A stretch of 60,237 bases of DNA, filler included, from Hausera hauseri (Eukaryota): the NCBI GenBank assembly GCA_046269625.1. It is 12 parts of 12 records of this genome, joined end to end, with 100 filler letters (N's around TTAATTAATTAA, not from the genome) between each part and the next. Parts side by side here need not be neighbours in the genome. Positions count along the whole stretch, not along the records: positions 22,829 to 26,794 come from JBJURY010851745.1; positions 26,895 to 32,117 come from JBJURY010303833.1; positions 32,218 to 39,091 come from JBJURY010056107.1; 9 more parts are not named here. One strand, 5' to 3'. The position numbers and the translations under genes were made by a program. Shown here in pieces: positions 22,829 to 35,929 of this stretch; positions within the stretch are counted from its first letter, which is position 1, and the number at the start of each line of letters is the position of its first letter. Below the pieces are notes generated by a model, which was not told the origin of the DNA, made no database searches, and saw only the letters and a program-made list of their open reading frames with translations.

Positions 22829-25800
22829 ATTCCAAGATGAAAAATACATATTCCAGTACTGAGGGGTTTGAAGAAACACACCACCACTGTACTATGTACG
22901 AATGAAAAATACAAGAAACCTGTTACAAATAGTTACTAAAAATAAAATGATAACACATGTAGGAAATAAACTGCCAAATAAGCTTAAAAACATAGAAAAC
23001 GCCTCAAAGGGACTGTCGCGAGACACACTCATGAAACGTAAAAATATTCTACAAAAAGGACGAGGGACCAAGATTTCAAAAAAATCACTCTAGCTCATTA
23101 TACAGCCGCAATGGGCGCACGCTAAGACTTCATCCGACCGAACTCTGATACTAGATTTAGGGGATATGAGTCACCCCGAATTATTGGCAAATCAAATGTT
23201 GTTATGTCTGTGGTCTATTCTGATTGGACGAATGGAATCTGAAAGTAGTGTTGAACGCAGGTGGTGGTGATTACAGCCGTCAGTTGCTTCCAGACACTCT
23301 GAAGCTCGCTTGAGACTGAGCTATAAATTGTGAAGTTTGACAATTTTGATACATATTCCGATATTTGCATTCTGCTATTATTCCACTGAACTTTTAGGCG
23401 TAGAATATAGCTTCAATTTTGTGAGTCTCTTATTTGTGAGACAATTTGAAATTATTTATAGCTTAATATTTTAAGCTCCTTCTTAGTTCCACGACCAGTG
23501 AAAAGGCAAAATGGATATCGAAGCTTACGAAACCCTTGTATTCTTTGAATATTTTCTAACGGTCTCTGCCATGAAGAGAAATGATTCTGTGAGATACTTA
23601 GACAATCTACATAAAACAGTTTTGATTGATAATATAGTGAAGCAGCATTCTAACTTTCGAGAAAATATGGAGAAATATAAGAGCATGAATTTGTCGATTG
23701 CATTATTTATGTGAAATAATTTTTTCTCCTTCAGACCAGGAGTTCATATTGCTCCGGAATTTTTTATCAAGTTATATATTTATTCTGGTCATAAATATGA
23801 GATTCTCCCCAGGATACTGTTCAGTATTGAGAAGACTAGAAACGTGCAGAGATATATTAGTTTGAAGAACACTGAATCCCTTCAATGTCGGTGGAATTCT
23901 TATAACGGTATTTTTCACTTATATTTGCGATAATATTCAAAAAGTATGAGAACGAACACGTATACTATGCACTGACCTTGGGGAAGCGTATTGTAAGTGA
24001 TTCTAGAAGATTATCGTGTCACCAATATATCGAATAAACAACTGGACGTCGCTTGGAGCCCCAGACGTACCTCTGTCTCCGAGTTACATATAGGATAATG
24101 TGCAAAAACTGATTCTTTTCATGTTGCTTATGACTTCTCTCATTCGAGGTGGTTTCACGTTCCTGGATTTTTTTACGACGTGGTGCAGATATCGCACTGT
24201 TTGCATGTCATTTAACACATTTTTTCTTTAAAATGCTATTCGACTTGGTATTTTCATACTGTAGATTATTTAATGTAATTCTCAGCTTACTAGCTGACTA
24301 ATGATGTGTAATTGAATAGATGAATTTATTGTAAATGTTTAAATTGTGAATTTCTTCTTATATGTACTGCATTCTCTCTAGTGTCTCAGTCTAATGCATA
24401 ATGTCCAAATTTTTCGCAGCATTCATTCGATAAAATATACAATTTCATTTTTCTTTTAATTGATTTCCTGGGAGGAATTGCAATTACATGTTTTTTGGTA
24501 TTAAGCAATGCAGAAACGTCTCAAGTATGACAATATGAATCTCCTCTGTGAATCATCATAATGAATCGTACAAATTTGCTCCATTAAGGAAAAGCCACTT
24601 TTATTTCAAATGAGGGAAATGTAAAATATTTTTCTTTATTTTATGGAAATCTACGTCATTCTACGTGCTGCGTCAATTTACATACTATTATCTTTTGCAT
24701 ACGAAATACAATTTGATTTCTCCGTGAGTTAGAATCCATTCCCTTAAACTACCAGCCATCACACGAAACCAATAAAAGAAAGAAACTGGACATAATTTTG
24801 TCCCACTAAGGACCTCGACCGAGAACAATAACCTACTCCGTCAGTTAAAGAACACAATTAGCTTATTAGTTCGAATATTTTAGTTTGTATTTAGCACAAA
24901 GTAAAATGGTATTTGTATGTATTTCGAAGGATTGTTTCGAATCAATTTTCTTAGCGATTCATGATGAGGAAATTTATATATAATCTTACGTCCCAGTTCC
25001 ACATACTTCGAACACAAAACATGGACCGAGTCGCGCTCGAATTGTATATATCTTGGATCACATATTCAATGTGCTTCCGAAAACTACATGTACAGTCTAC
25101 GAAAAAGAACAAATACTTCCTTTCTCTCGGAAGATTTCTGCCCTGTTCTCAAGATGTATGCGGTGGGAGAGGTGGATATTTGAGGCCGAAAAGAAAGTGG
25201 CGTTGGATTTAACAGGGTTAATTAGTAGACGCCCATTTGACACCACTCCTAGAACACGTATAGTTTCTGTTCAAGGAAATCATATAAGATAGGCGTTAGG
25301 ATGACTGGCAAAGATTTCCGTGTCATCGCTTAAATGTGCAAGTGTGGCGAGCGCCCTCTTAAGACGTCGTTGATAAAAATATTGAATAATAGACGATATA
25401 ATTCACTGCCCTTAAGGAGAGAGGAATGAATGTCACGAACCGAAGAAATGTGGTGAGAGTGGTTGACGGAGAATGTTCTATAATTTAAATAGAAAATTGA
25501 GACAATAAGTGTAATTGGCATTAATTGCGAACTCCTTCGAATAATCTAGTAATCCTTTGAGACACACTGTAATTCCACCCGTTTACTGCCGATATTCAAA
25601 TGCGTATCTCTGGTCAGTATTTATAGCATGCGTTTCATTCAGGTAATTTTAATAACCACATGGTACACCATAGCACTCGTTTATTTGACACTGAAGACCG
25701 TCAGCCTCTTCCAACAATACATTCCATTACTAGCTTTAATGTAAATTAATTTTTACTACAACGAGGTGAACTTTTGTAATTTCAGATTCTATACGAAAAA

Positions 25801-26794
25801 GTTGAAAAAAACATTTTTCTTTTAACGTGGCTTCTCGTGATTTTATAAGTGTGATAAAATTAGCTATAAACTTGAAAAGAATAACTACCGCGAAAAATAT
25901 ATTCCATTAAAAGGAAAGCAAATATTGGAGAAAACATGTTTTTGAAAGGATCAAAATATTTATTCAAGAACACTGAATAGACATGTGATATGAAAACACT
26001 CATATATACTGATCGGTTTTGTCTGCTTCTGTGAGGAATCTTTCGATAAATTTTAGATTTTTTGAAAATGCAATTTGAATGTGTACTCAAAACGCCCTGT
26101 AATTCTTCGAGAGAAAAATCTACGTCAATATGGAAATTTTTTCAGTGTTAAATGTCACATTTTACTGCACTTTGAATGCTGTTTCCATGAATTGGAAAGT
26201 ACCGGGAGTCTGTATCACAGCTATTTCTTTTTTATACAGTTTTAATAATAAAACAGTCTCTCGTTTTCAGTATTACCTAAACTTAATCAGATAATTTTGT
26301 GTCGCCCGTTGAGAGTTCAGATTCGCGACAATAAATTTTAATCTTAGGAGATGAAATTTAAATTATAAAGTGCGTATTGTGCATTGTACTTGTCGTGGGC
26401 TGCGTGAAATAATTAAAATTAAAAAATAATTCCGTAATTTATGTACGTATATGAAAGTGTGTCTATAGAAACCTGCATTGAAACAAAAATATAAAAGAGA
26501 TAAAAATCGAAACGCCAACAACCATATACAAAAATGAGTAGAAAAATCTGAATAAGTAAAAGAACCGAAAACCATGGGTCGGCCGTACCGTCCGAGATAG
26601 CCAAAATTCCAAACAACAGAGAAAAGAAAGGAAAGAGTATTTAAATATGTTTTTTTACGTAGAAACAACTGTAAAAGAACAGTAGCCAATATGAATTCAG
26701 AGTCTAAATGATACGAAATTCCAAGATGAAAAATACATATTCCAGTACTGAGGGGTTTGAAGAAACACACCACCACTGTACTATGTACGAATGA
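22829..26794. repeat. Contig with identical 77-bp ends (22829-22905 = 26718-26794): circular or tandemly repeated 3889-bp unit
   Basis: Exact direct repeat attccaagatg...tacgaatga at both termini. Confidence 0.92.
25290..25520 (-). mobile_element. Non-LTR (Jockey/I-like) RT relic
   Basis: SSVRDIHSSLLKGSELYRLLFNIFINDV, then SDDTEIFAS in the next frame (degenerate GVPQGS.LSP.LFN...ADDT). Confidence 0.65.
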
Positions 26795-27453
26795 NNNNNN
26801 NNNNNNNNNNNNNNNNNNNNNNNNNNNNNNNNNNNNNNTTAATTAATTAANNNNNNNNNNNNNNNNNNNNNNNNNNNNNNNNNNNNNNNNNNNNAGTGTC
26901 AATGTCGACAAAATCAAAAAGTTCAATGGTGTATTGACTGAAATGGCACATGCCAAATCAAAACAAAAGAAAGATGTTTTACTTAAACATTTTCCCACTT
27001 CTGAAGGAACAGATGGTACAGGTCAATACGATGGAAATAAATTTATATGGGTAACATTGAAACTAATAGTACCCTGGTTACAGAAACTCTAAACCACAAT
27101 TTTGAATATGTGCATATGATTATGGCAGATTGGTACCAAACAACATTATTTGTGCTTAAAGAAAGTGCTTAGCGTTGTTATGTTGTTACGAAATAAATGT
27201 TATTATTGAAGCACTGGTTTATTGATTATTGGTAATATTAACCCTTACTTATTCCACATTACTCGAGGAAAAATACAACACGATTTTTCAAAATAACTCT
27301 GTATTAACATAACAATCACAGCACTTGTATAACATTTTCAATGACAATACCATCATTATTGTCTTCATCATCGTCCAAATGAATTACCGCTGACAGTACA
27401 AATGCGATGTATATCACCTGACCATAGTCATCTTGGACAATGACATGATAACA

Positions 27454-27597
27454 TTATATCCTATAAATTGGACAAGTATTGTTGTATCGCATCCGAGTTT
27501 TGAGGCAATCAATGAAGAATACATGATCGTTATATGTTAGCGTTCTTGCATTAAAATGGTTCCTGTACTCGAGAGAAATTGGGCATGTACTGCTCAT
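27454..27597 (-). pseudogene. Degenerate RING-finger (E3 ligase-like) gene downstream of pPolB
   Basis: MSSTCPISLEY...TLTYNDHVFFIDCLKTRMRYNNTCPIYR: RING spacing with several ligands mutated. Confidence 0.6.
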
Positions 27598-28096
27598 TTT
27601 TAAAATAATGACAGAGCAGTACATGTTTTGGTTTTATTTATAAGTGTATTGGCGCACTGTATTGATTTATTTAATACTTACCGATATATCTCATATAAAT
27701 GATCTATCTAGTATTTTACCTAAATTGTCCATATATTACCCAATCTATATTACCAGCATATTAGTCATATTAGCTAAATATTACTTGTATTTTACACACA
27801 TGCACAAGCATACAGACATATACCTGAGATATACCTTTTCTCAGGTTAGTTGCACTTTAGTGTGCACAGAAATTCACACAAGAACACACACACGCACACA
27901 CTAAAAAGTGTTTAGCCTTATGTCAAAGTTATATTGTTACTAAATAAATGTGTTATGAAATTAATTGGTCTTAACCTATACAGTAGTTACTTAGTTTTAC
28001 TTGGTTTTATCCTATATCCGACATTACTTGATCAAGAAGACAACACGATATTTCTATACAAGATTCATTAAACAAAGAATAACAATATGTACATAT

Positions 28097-31000
28097 TTAC
28101 AGTGCTACATGTCCGTAAGATAGTGTATGAATTCCATCACTCAGGATCTGCCTCTTGTCATCCATCCAATCTAGACTTTTCTTATGCAGTGTTACTGTTT
28201 GGATCTTATGATCCCTAGATTGGATCCTTCTCATTTCCGATTTGATGTGAGTCTGCTCATGCAGAATTGTCACATAGTCCTCAAAAGTGATCTTCTTGGC
28301 TAAGGTAGCCCTTTGAACGTCCTTGACTCTCTTTTTGATCTGACTACATACGTCTAGGGCATTTATTTGAGATCTGGGAGCTACAAATCGCGAGATGATT
28401 GCTCCATTCACCTCTGCTTTGAATTTCCCAAGCATTTTCGGATAGTCCGAGGTACATGTGTTGAGCAAATTGGGAAAAGTCCTGATAAATTTCATCTGCA
28501 TGGATATGATAGATGAAACTCTCAGTATCACTATACGTCAGCTGCATGGACGTGAACTTGGGACGATTATATCGTAATGGAATCTGTACATCAAGGTCTT
28601 TGATAGATCCAATATTGCCATACCCACATATATGTGCTTGTTGAATACCAATGCTGTTTTCAGCATATGGATGCTGGCAAAGTTCTCAGAATATATGTTA
28701 TTGCTGTGGAAGTTGGGCTCGGCAATGATCTTCTTTGCCCGCTTCCACTCAGAGACCAGTTCGATGTTGATCCTTTTGCGGATATTCTCCATGGTCTTGC
28801 CAAAAATACTGTTGTTGTATAGCTTGAATTGATCATTCTCAAAGTCGTTCTTGGCATTAGTCCGCAGCTTCGTATGAAGATCTATGTATGACTGCAGCCA
28901 CATGGACTGGTTAAACTGCAGAGCTCTATGGATCTTAGTAATACGAAGTCCATGTCTAACTGCCTGCTGGAGATTGATGTAGTGGACTACATACCTCTCG
29001 ATATTACCCAGACGACAGAGCAACTTTCTCTGCTTTCCATGGGTGGGAGGCCTGCTCTCAGGGAGGAAAGGCAGCTTGATGCCTTGTGTGGATGGAAGCC
29101 GGATATTCCATATCTACCTCCAGTATGTATCCCTTATCTCCAGTGGGATTCAGGTCCAATATAGGGATGTTTTCAGGATTCTCGCCCCATTTGAAGTTAT
29201 CATATGGCAATGGGATGCACATTGCCCATCCATACAAGTTGTTGGCATCCAGGTATGATATATGTGAGGATTCCTTGGATGGATCATTCTGGGTCATATA
29301 CTTGTTGTTGTCCTCACTATACTTGTGAATGGCCTGGCATATTCCGCCTCTAATGCCTCTCTCAATCATAAGGATCATATCATAACCCTTAATGATTTGA
29401 AGCATGATATCAGTATATCTCAGCATTTCTGCCCAGCTCATCGATGGAGCTGTAAAGAAATGAGCCGGATCATATGCATGGCTCTTCACTGTAACATCCC
29501 TGAAGCTCTCAAAGACATCCGTCAGCAGCACGTCCGTCGTTGTATTCCCTTAATGTTCGGCATTGAAATGCCTGCCATACATTCTGGTCATGCTGGTAGT
29601 CAGCATCACTGATATCGCAATAAGAGAGGATATTGTAAAAGTCCTTCTTGGCCGGTAGTGAGATCTCATCCAGTGTTTCCCATGAAGTTATGTAGTCATA
29701 GGGAAACACGCATTTCCTTCTAACCAGGTCAAATGCAGTGGGAAAAAGCCGCTTCGTCTCCTTGAGTTCTTCTGCAAGGAAGTTCTTCACTAAACTGTCC
29801 AGTGAAGACGACATGAAACGAAAGCTGTCTATGAAGCGAAGCCTGATTTTCCAAACATACTTGGTAAAGTTGATGTATTTTTCCTCACTGTTGGGGATGA
29901 CATCACTGTTTCCTTCAATGTTGCCCAGTTCCCGAACAATGAAGTGGGAATCATAGCCACTGAGGTTGTGAAACACTACAGGCACATATGTACATGTTAT
30001 GCAGCGTAAAATGCAGCTGTTGCATGCTTCCCCTCGATATGCACCTGTAAAATGACAATGATCCCTGACTTTATAATTATCCTTAGTGAATGATTTTGAG
30101 CATAAGTAACATGTTGTTGCCTTGCGCCATTCTTCTTGTTTCTTCGACATGCTCATATTATCTTAATGCTGCTGCAGCATGTTTTCAAGCTTATGAGCCA
30201 TATCTTCAAGTCTCTTCATGAAATGTGCTGCTGCACATGGACCTCTGAATAGAAATGGTTCATTGTCTAGTCCTATGGCATACGTGCTATATGATGAGAG
30301 TTCATGATATTGATATGCCGTTGTGCTGCTGTGTTGAGGACTAGGAGTGCATGTCTGAACTGGATGCAGGATAGCTTCAAATTTGCAATAGATAACTATT
30401 GGGACCTTGATCTTCTTCTCGAACTCCTTGAATTCAATATAGTCTTCCTTGGAGAATTATAGCCTGATACATTAATTGTTATTGCAGTGCATTTTGTGCT
30501 CTTTACGCCTGTCCACTGCTAAATCACCACTGAAATGGGACAAGCATCGTTTACATATTTCTATTTGTCCATGATGTTTCGTAATTTGGGATCTGACTGC
30601 ACGTTCAAAGTTCTTGATCCAAACATAATATTTCTTTTCCCTATCATTTAGTAGCAGCAGATCCCTATGATTTCCAATTCAGTATTGCATATATGGAAGG
30701 AATAGAATTTGTCCTCATTATCGAATCCAATGATGTTGATGGATATATTGTTGATTCGACTGAACTTCTTGACTTCATCTATGGATGGTCGGAACTTAAT
30801 ACATTGGAAGTTATAGTTGTGCTGCACATCCTTATATAGCCAAACTTGTGAAGCATTATTTTGATCTCGTACGAGCTTGTATAGAATGGCATGAAACACT
30901 TGTTGTCATCATTAAGGACATTGATGCATGTTTTTATTAGCGATCCGAACAGGGAGCTGAATATAATAACTACCACGCATGGGAGAGTACTTGTGAACAT

Positions 31001-31579
31001 ATACAAGCAATTTCTTGATGGTTCCCAGAGTCCATCCGCTCTTGTTATCCTAACTCTCTTCAGCCTCGTGGATCAGCTTCTCTTGCGCCTCCTGTATCAA
31101 TTCTTCTATATTGGTGTTTTCCAATATGGTTCTATTTTTGGTCTTGTAGGACCTATTCAATTCTTCGCCATTAATATTGATGTATGTGGCTTTTAGTTTC
31201 ATATTCACTTTAAGGGCTTTGAGTTCAGCCATTTTGTCCTGAAGATTTCCCTCTGGCTCTTCCTTTGTGTATAAGCGGAAGTCTTGGAAGGTTGTTTCAC
31301 CAGTTGCATGCATAACATATTTGCGACATTTTCTCTTTAATGCTGCAGCATCAACTGGCCTCTGTCTTTGGCTTTTTGATGTGGTCGTGCCTGATGCTGC
31401 TGCACATGATGTGGCTGCGTCTGATGCTGCTGCGCTTGGTGCTGCTGCGCATGATGTGGCTGCGTGTTACAATTCTTTAAGATGTTTCAACCAATTATTT
31501 GAGGAGAACAATTAAAAAACTCACCATTCTTGGAAGTGAATTTGGCAATAATGAAATATGTACCAATGTCACCGTGCAT
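28097..31579 (-). pseudogene. Polinton/Maverick protein-primed DNA polymerase B with endonuclease-VII-like zinc module, disrupted
   Basis: CYLC...VRDHCHFTGAYRGEACNSC, PVVFHNLSGYDSHFI, FIDSFRFM, YLDANNLYGWAM, FKLYNNSIFGKTMENIRKR, YSDTES; many stops and frameshifts. Predicted 65-nt intron at 31460-31524. Confidence 0.95.
31378..31465. repeat. 15-bp-unit coding minisatellite (Ala/Ser/Thr-rich N-terminus of pPolB)
   Basis: Repeated gatgctgctgc/gatgtggctgc units; minus strand reads AATSCAAAPSAAASDAATSCAAAS. Confidence 0.8.
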
Positions 31580-33779
31580 GTCTATTTTTATTGATTTTTA
31601 TTTTATTTTGGATATTTTATGCAATAAAACAAAACACATGTAAAGAAAGTTAATAATTTTAATGGTAGGGCAAGTTTGGCTCTGCATATTGTAGTCAACA
31701 TGTTGCACTTGTTTTCTCAACATACTGCACATTTGTTTCAATGCATAAAATGCATAAACATGTCACGTAATTTGATTTATTTAAACAAAACTCAAGGTAA
31801 GACCTTGCTCACATGCATGAATCCGTGATTATGCTACTTGTATTGCCATCGTATTGCATTTGTCTTGTCAACGAGTTATATTTGTGTATTTTTTTTAATG
31901 CATCATATAAATTAAATGCACGAGAGTGACAATTTCGATTATGTTTTCGACCATAAGGAATCGAATGACGTCATAAGATTCTTCGAATAATGTATACTTG
32001 ATCGAGTTTTCGAGTTCGAATCAATAATTATTCGATTTTGAATAATGTATTCGAATATCTAACACCAGGTTCAGATTCATCATACATTGTTTCCTATCTA
32101 CGTTCACTATTAAATTTNNNNNNNNNNNNNNNNNNNNNNNNNNNNNNNNNNNNNNNNNNNNTTAATTAATTAANNNNNNNNNNNNNNNNNNNNNNNNNNN
32201 NNNNNNNNNNNNNNNNNTTCTATTTGTACATTCACATAGAGAATCGATGTTCCACTCGATTGCACCCGGTGCCATGTGCTAATTATCAATAATGGGGTTA
32301 TCAGAAATACAATATTATTGATTTTTTCACACTTGCACATGCGTAATGCACCCGCACAGTGCACCAATCGATGTGAACTAATGTTCACTACCGATTAGTA
32401 CTTTGTTCTAATCGACTCGACAAATAGTGCAATGTGTAGCTATCGATTTGTGAAATGTGCAAAAATGTGCTTAGCTACGGTGCCTAACGGCACCATTGCC
32501 TGCAGCATTACCGATCGATAGTACACCATGTGCAGAATTGATTCAACCGTTACCCCCGGGGGTGCGGCAGACTTTAATTTTCCCCTACTTATTTATAATA
32601 TAATGTTTTGTTTTACACAATGTTTCCTCTTATCTTAACTAAAAATAAAATTATTACCTTAAAATACCGCACATTATATACATCGAAAGCAACCTAATTA
32701 TATCAATATAAGTTTATCAATGCAAATCTTTATTGTTCATCTTAATTTTGCATTAAAAGTCATAATTTTTATTATTTTTTGCATGAAAAGTGTCTTATAT
32801 GCGGTATTTTAGGGTAATCAAATTTCAGTTTCATTGAACTAAATCACACACTTGACTAACCAGTATAAACCCCAAATTTAAAGTTTATTTGAAGGCCCCA
32901 TAAATTTTAACCAAGATGAATTTCACGGAATTCGACAGCATATATGCCGTTTTTTGTTCATTTTCAGGATTTGTTAATTATTTCTTTTCGATTTTTCTTT
33001 TCGTATTTATGAAAATCAGAACCAAAGAAAATCAGACCAATGTAAATAATTTTTTGATACAAAGTCAATTTTCCAAATATACTTTTTTGAGTCTTTTTTC
33101 GTTGAATTATTTTGTAAATGTTAGCATACTTCAACTAACGAAGTTAAATGAAATGTGTATATTGACTTCTCAAGTTGTTTGTATTTCATTAGATTTTTTT
33201 CGGTAAAATATGACTAAATTGGGTAAATATTTCAAAACAACAGCTTTTCATGCAGTTATTTTTCAGAAATTCTTGGTTAAATAAACTTTTCTATCATTTG
33301 GCTAACTTTGGTCCATTTTAATGAGGAATTTTGATAAATTTATGTATGTTGTTATTTTGACAAGTATGTTCTTAATTTTACAAAAAATATGCATGTTTGC
33401 TGCTCTTGCATGTGTGTGCCTGTATGCAAATGAGTTAGTATTGCCATGAGTGTGTGTTTCTATAATAATAATAATTTGACTATTCGTAAATTTTTGTAAA
33501 TTTTTTTGTTAGATATTTTCGTTTATTTTGCAATTTTTATAGAAACATTTATTTAGCTTTGATATTATATTTTTAACATTTATTTACTCAAATTTCTTTT
33601 CAGATTGCCTAAATTAAGTCATGCAGCCAGTACAATAGATGACAGGAAAGGTATAACTTTTTTTTCAATGTTTAATTGATATACGACAATAATCAATTTG
33701 TAGAAAATATTATTTAAATTCTACGTTAATTTTAACCATTTGATTTTTGTATTACGAATAATAACTTTTTCAAAAATAA

Positions 33780-35360
33780 ATGGATTTTCCTTTTCCGGAC
33801 AGTGTCATGAAAGGTTGGAAACGGGTGAAAAAAGTCTACCAAGCATCAACAACGACGGCGTTTACTCCTGTTCTTAGCATCGAAGGTCATGTCGCCCATC
33901 CATCTCTGACCCGAACGTTTCAAGCATTGGAAGGTTTAATTTTGGCCACGATGTTATCCGATGAACATCATTATCAGAACACATTATCTTTGGTGTCAGA
34001 ATATGAAGATGATATCAAAGTGTTGGGTAAAGTTTTACGACACGAATGGTTAGCGGTTGATTGGGAAACGCGATTGGAGCGTCATCAGCTTTTGACAGGT
34101 GGATGCTTTGGTACTGTTTACCGGGTTATTGATAATGTAACAGGCCAGTATTTCGCGTTGAAGACAATTGAGATAAAAGGGTATTCAGTGCAGGAATTTT
34201 TCGACGAACTATATTCAATACTAATGGAAAGAAACATTCTAGTTCAAGTTAACGGGTGCCCATATATTCTGCTATTACATGGAGCATTTATATCGAGTTA
34301 TAATGGTGCGTTTTGTATGGTGTTGGACTTCTGCCCATCTACTTTACAGTCGTTTTTGCAAGAACAGATAATATGTAGCAAAATCGAACGGCTTTACCAA
34401 GCATTTGCCAGTGGACTGGATATTGTTTCTCTAATTAAAAGCAAAATGGACGCCCAGTTGAAATTTGATTTTCATGGAATCTGTTTCCTGTTCCTCTTCC
34501 AATTGTTGACTGCATTGGACTATCTTGGTCGTCGACACATCGTCCACGGAGATATCAAACCGTAAAATGTTTTTTTAACGAATTTCGGCAACATAAAATT
34601 GGCTGATTTCGGATTGTCTCGACGATTTACACCGATTGATCGACAGTTACAAGTCATTCTTTTAAATAACGTCAAGAAGTTGGGTAATATTCCTATTTAT
34701 AATCAAATAGTTCGTAATCTTGGCACCCCGCGATATTTTGATCTAGAAATGGAGTTGTACAGTCTGGAGGATGCCGGGAATATTGAATTTTATACAAGCC
34801 GATTTAAAACGACCGGAATACCACAAACTAAAGACGAAGGCCCTCAAACGTTCTTCAGTGATGTCTACGGCATCAGGTTGATAATTTCTGAATTAATTCT
34901 TGGCAGGGTGTTCTTTGTTTTCTATCGGTATAAAAACATCGTCCGTAAACGGTTTCCAGTAAATGATAACGCTGATACGTACTGGCGCCTTTTGGTGACG
35001 TATGACAGCAACATATTCGACAATTATGTCGTTGGTGACATGCAGAAATTTCTCGAAGAAAAATACCAATCAGCTGCAGAACTATTGATTTCAACTCTGC
35101 GATCCCGATATTTTCGTTGTGAAAATTATCGAAATATTCAATCGGTGTTCCGGTATAAAAAGGTTGTTTCTGAACCGTCAATTGATACCAGCAAAGTTGA
35201 AATTATACCGTACTATAAAGATCTTGATATTACGAAATACAAGGTTAAAAATATCGATGAACTTACGAAATGGGAAGGTTTCAGTGACAGCTGGATTACG
35301 CAATGCAATGAAGTTTCCATATGGTGGAGATGTCCACAATTGTCGCACATGGATGGATAA
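33780..35360 (+). pseudogene. Divergent Ser/Thr protein kinase, intronless, with a nonsense codon in the catalytic loop
   Basis: GGCFGTVY, FALKTI, HGDIKP*NV (TAA at 34563-34565), LADFGLS, GTPRY, SDVYG; the two ORF halves are in the same frame. Confidence 0.9.
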
Positions 35361-35361
35361 A

Positions 35362-35893
35362 ATGGGTAACAGTTACAAACCAGGAAACAAAGGAGTCCCA
35401 TTTACTCCAAATGATGGCAGTGACGTTCAAATTGTTGGAGTGTGCGACGCTGTTTTGGAATGGCTTATTGGCATTCAAGCGACTGGAATTTATCCTCATA
35501 AAGGAGTGCAATATCGTGGTCAGTTACTTGGACTGACTGGTACATTAATATCAGAGTTTTTTGATGATATGTTTTTTATTCCACTTAACGCCACGGATTG
35601 TCATTTCGCACATAATCGCGATATATATCGAGACACTGTAAATTCCTGTTCAAGATTTACCGACAATCAATTCAGACCAAAATTTGTTACGGCGGTGACT
35701 GTTGCACCATCGCTCTTCAAAATTAGAAAAGCATGACGTTTTGGGTTTAGCAAAGAAAGACCTTGGTCCCATTGGAGTTCGTACGCTTTGTCCTCGAGAT
35801 TGGGCTTACAGAGTCTATTACGACAACAGCAATGATTCAACTATTGGTAAAAGTACGTTCGCAAACACTGATGAAGCAGTCATCAAAAAGTAG
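35362..35893 (+). CDS. Hypothetical protein (MGN start), probably frameshifted near 35720
   Basis: ATG one base after the kinase stop; protein-like composition; continues in another frame to 35893; no recognised family. Confidence 0.4.
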
Positions 35894-35929
35894 TGATGAT
35901 TCGACAAAAATTTCCCACATCTGAATTCC

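Noticed and set aside
9368-31579. Treating the capsid/integrase contig and the pPolB contig as one Polinton
   Set aside because: Separate contigs, no shared TIRs seen; they may belong to different families.
35460-35620. PPPDE/NlpC-like protease motif in the orphan ORF (GIYPHKGV...DCHF)
   Set aside because: Resemblance too short, and the Cys context does not match; not supportable without a profile search.
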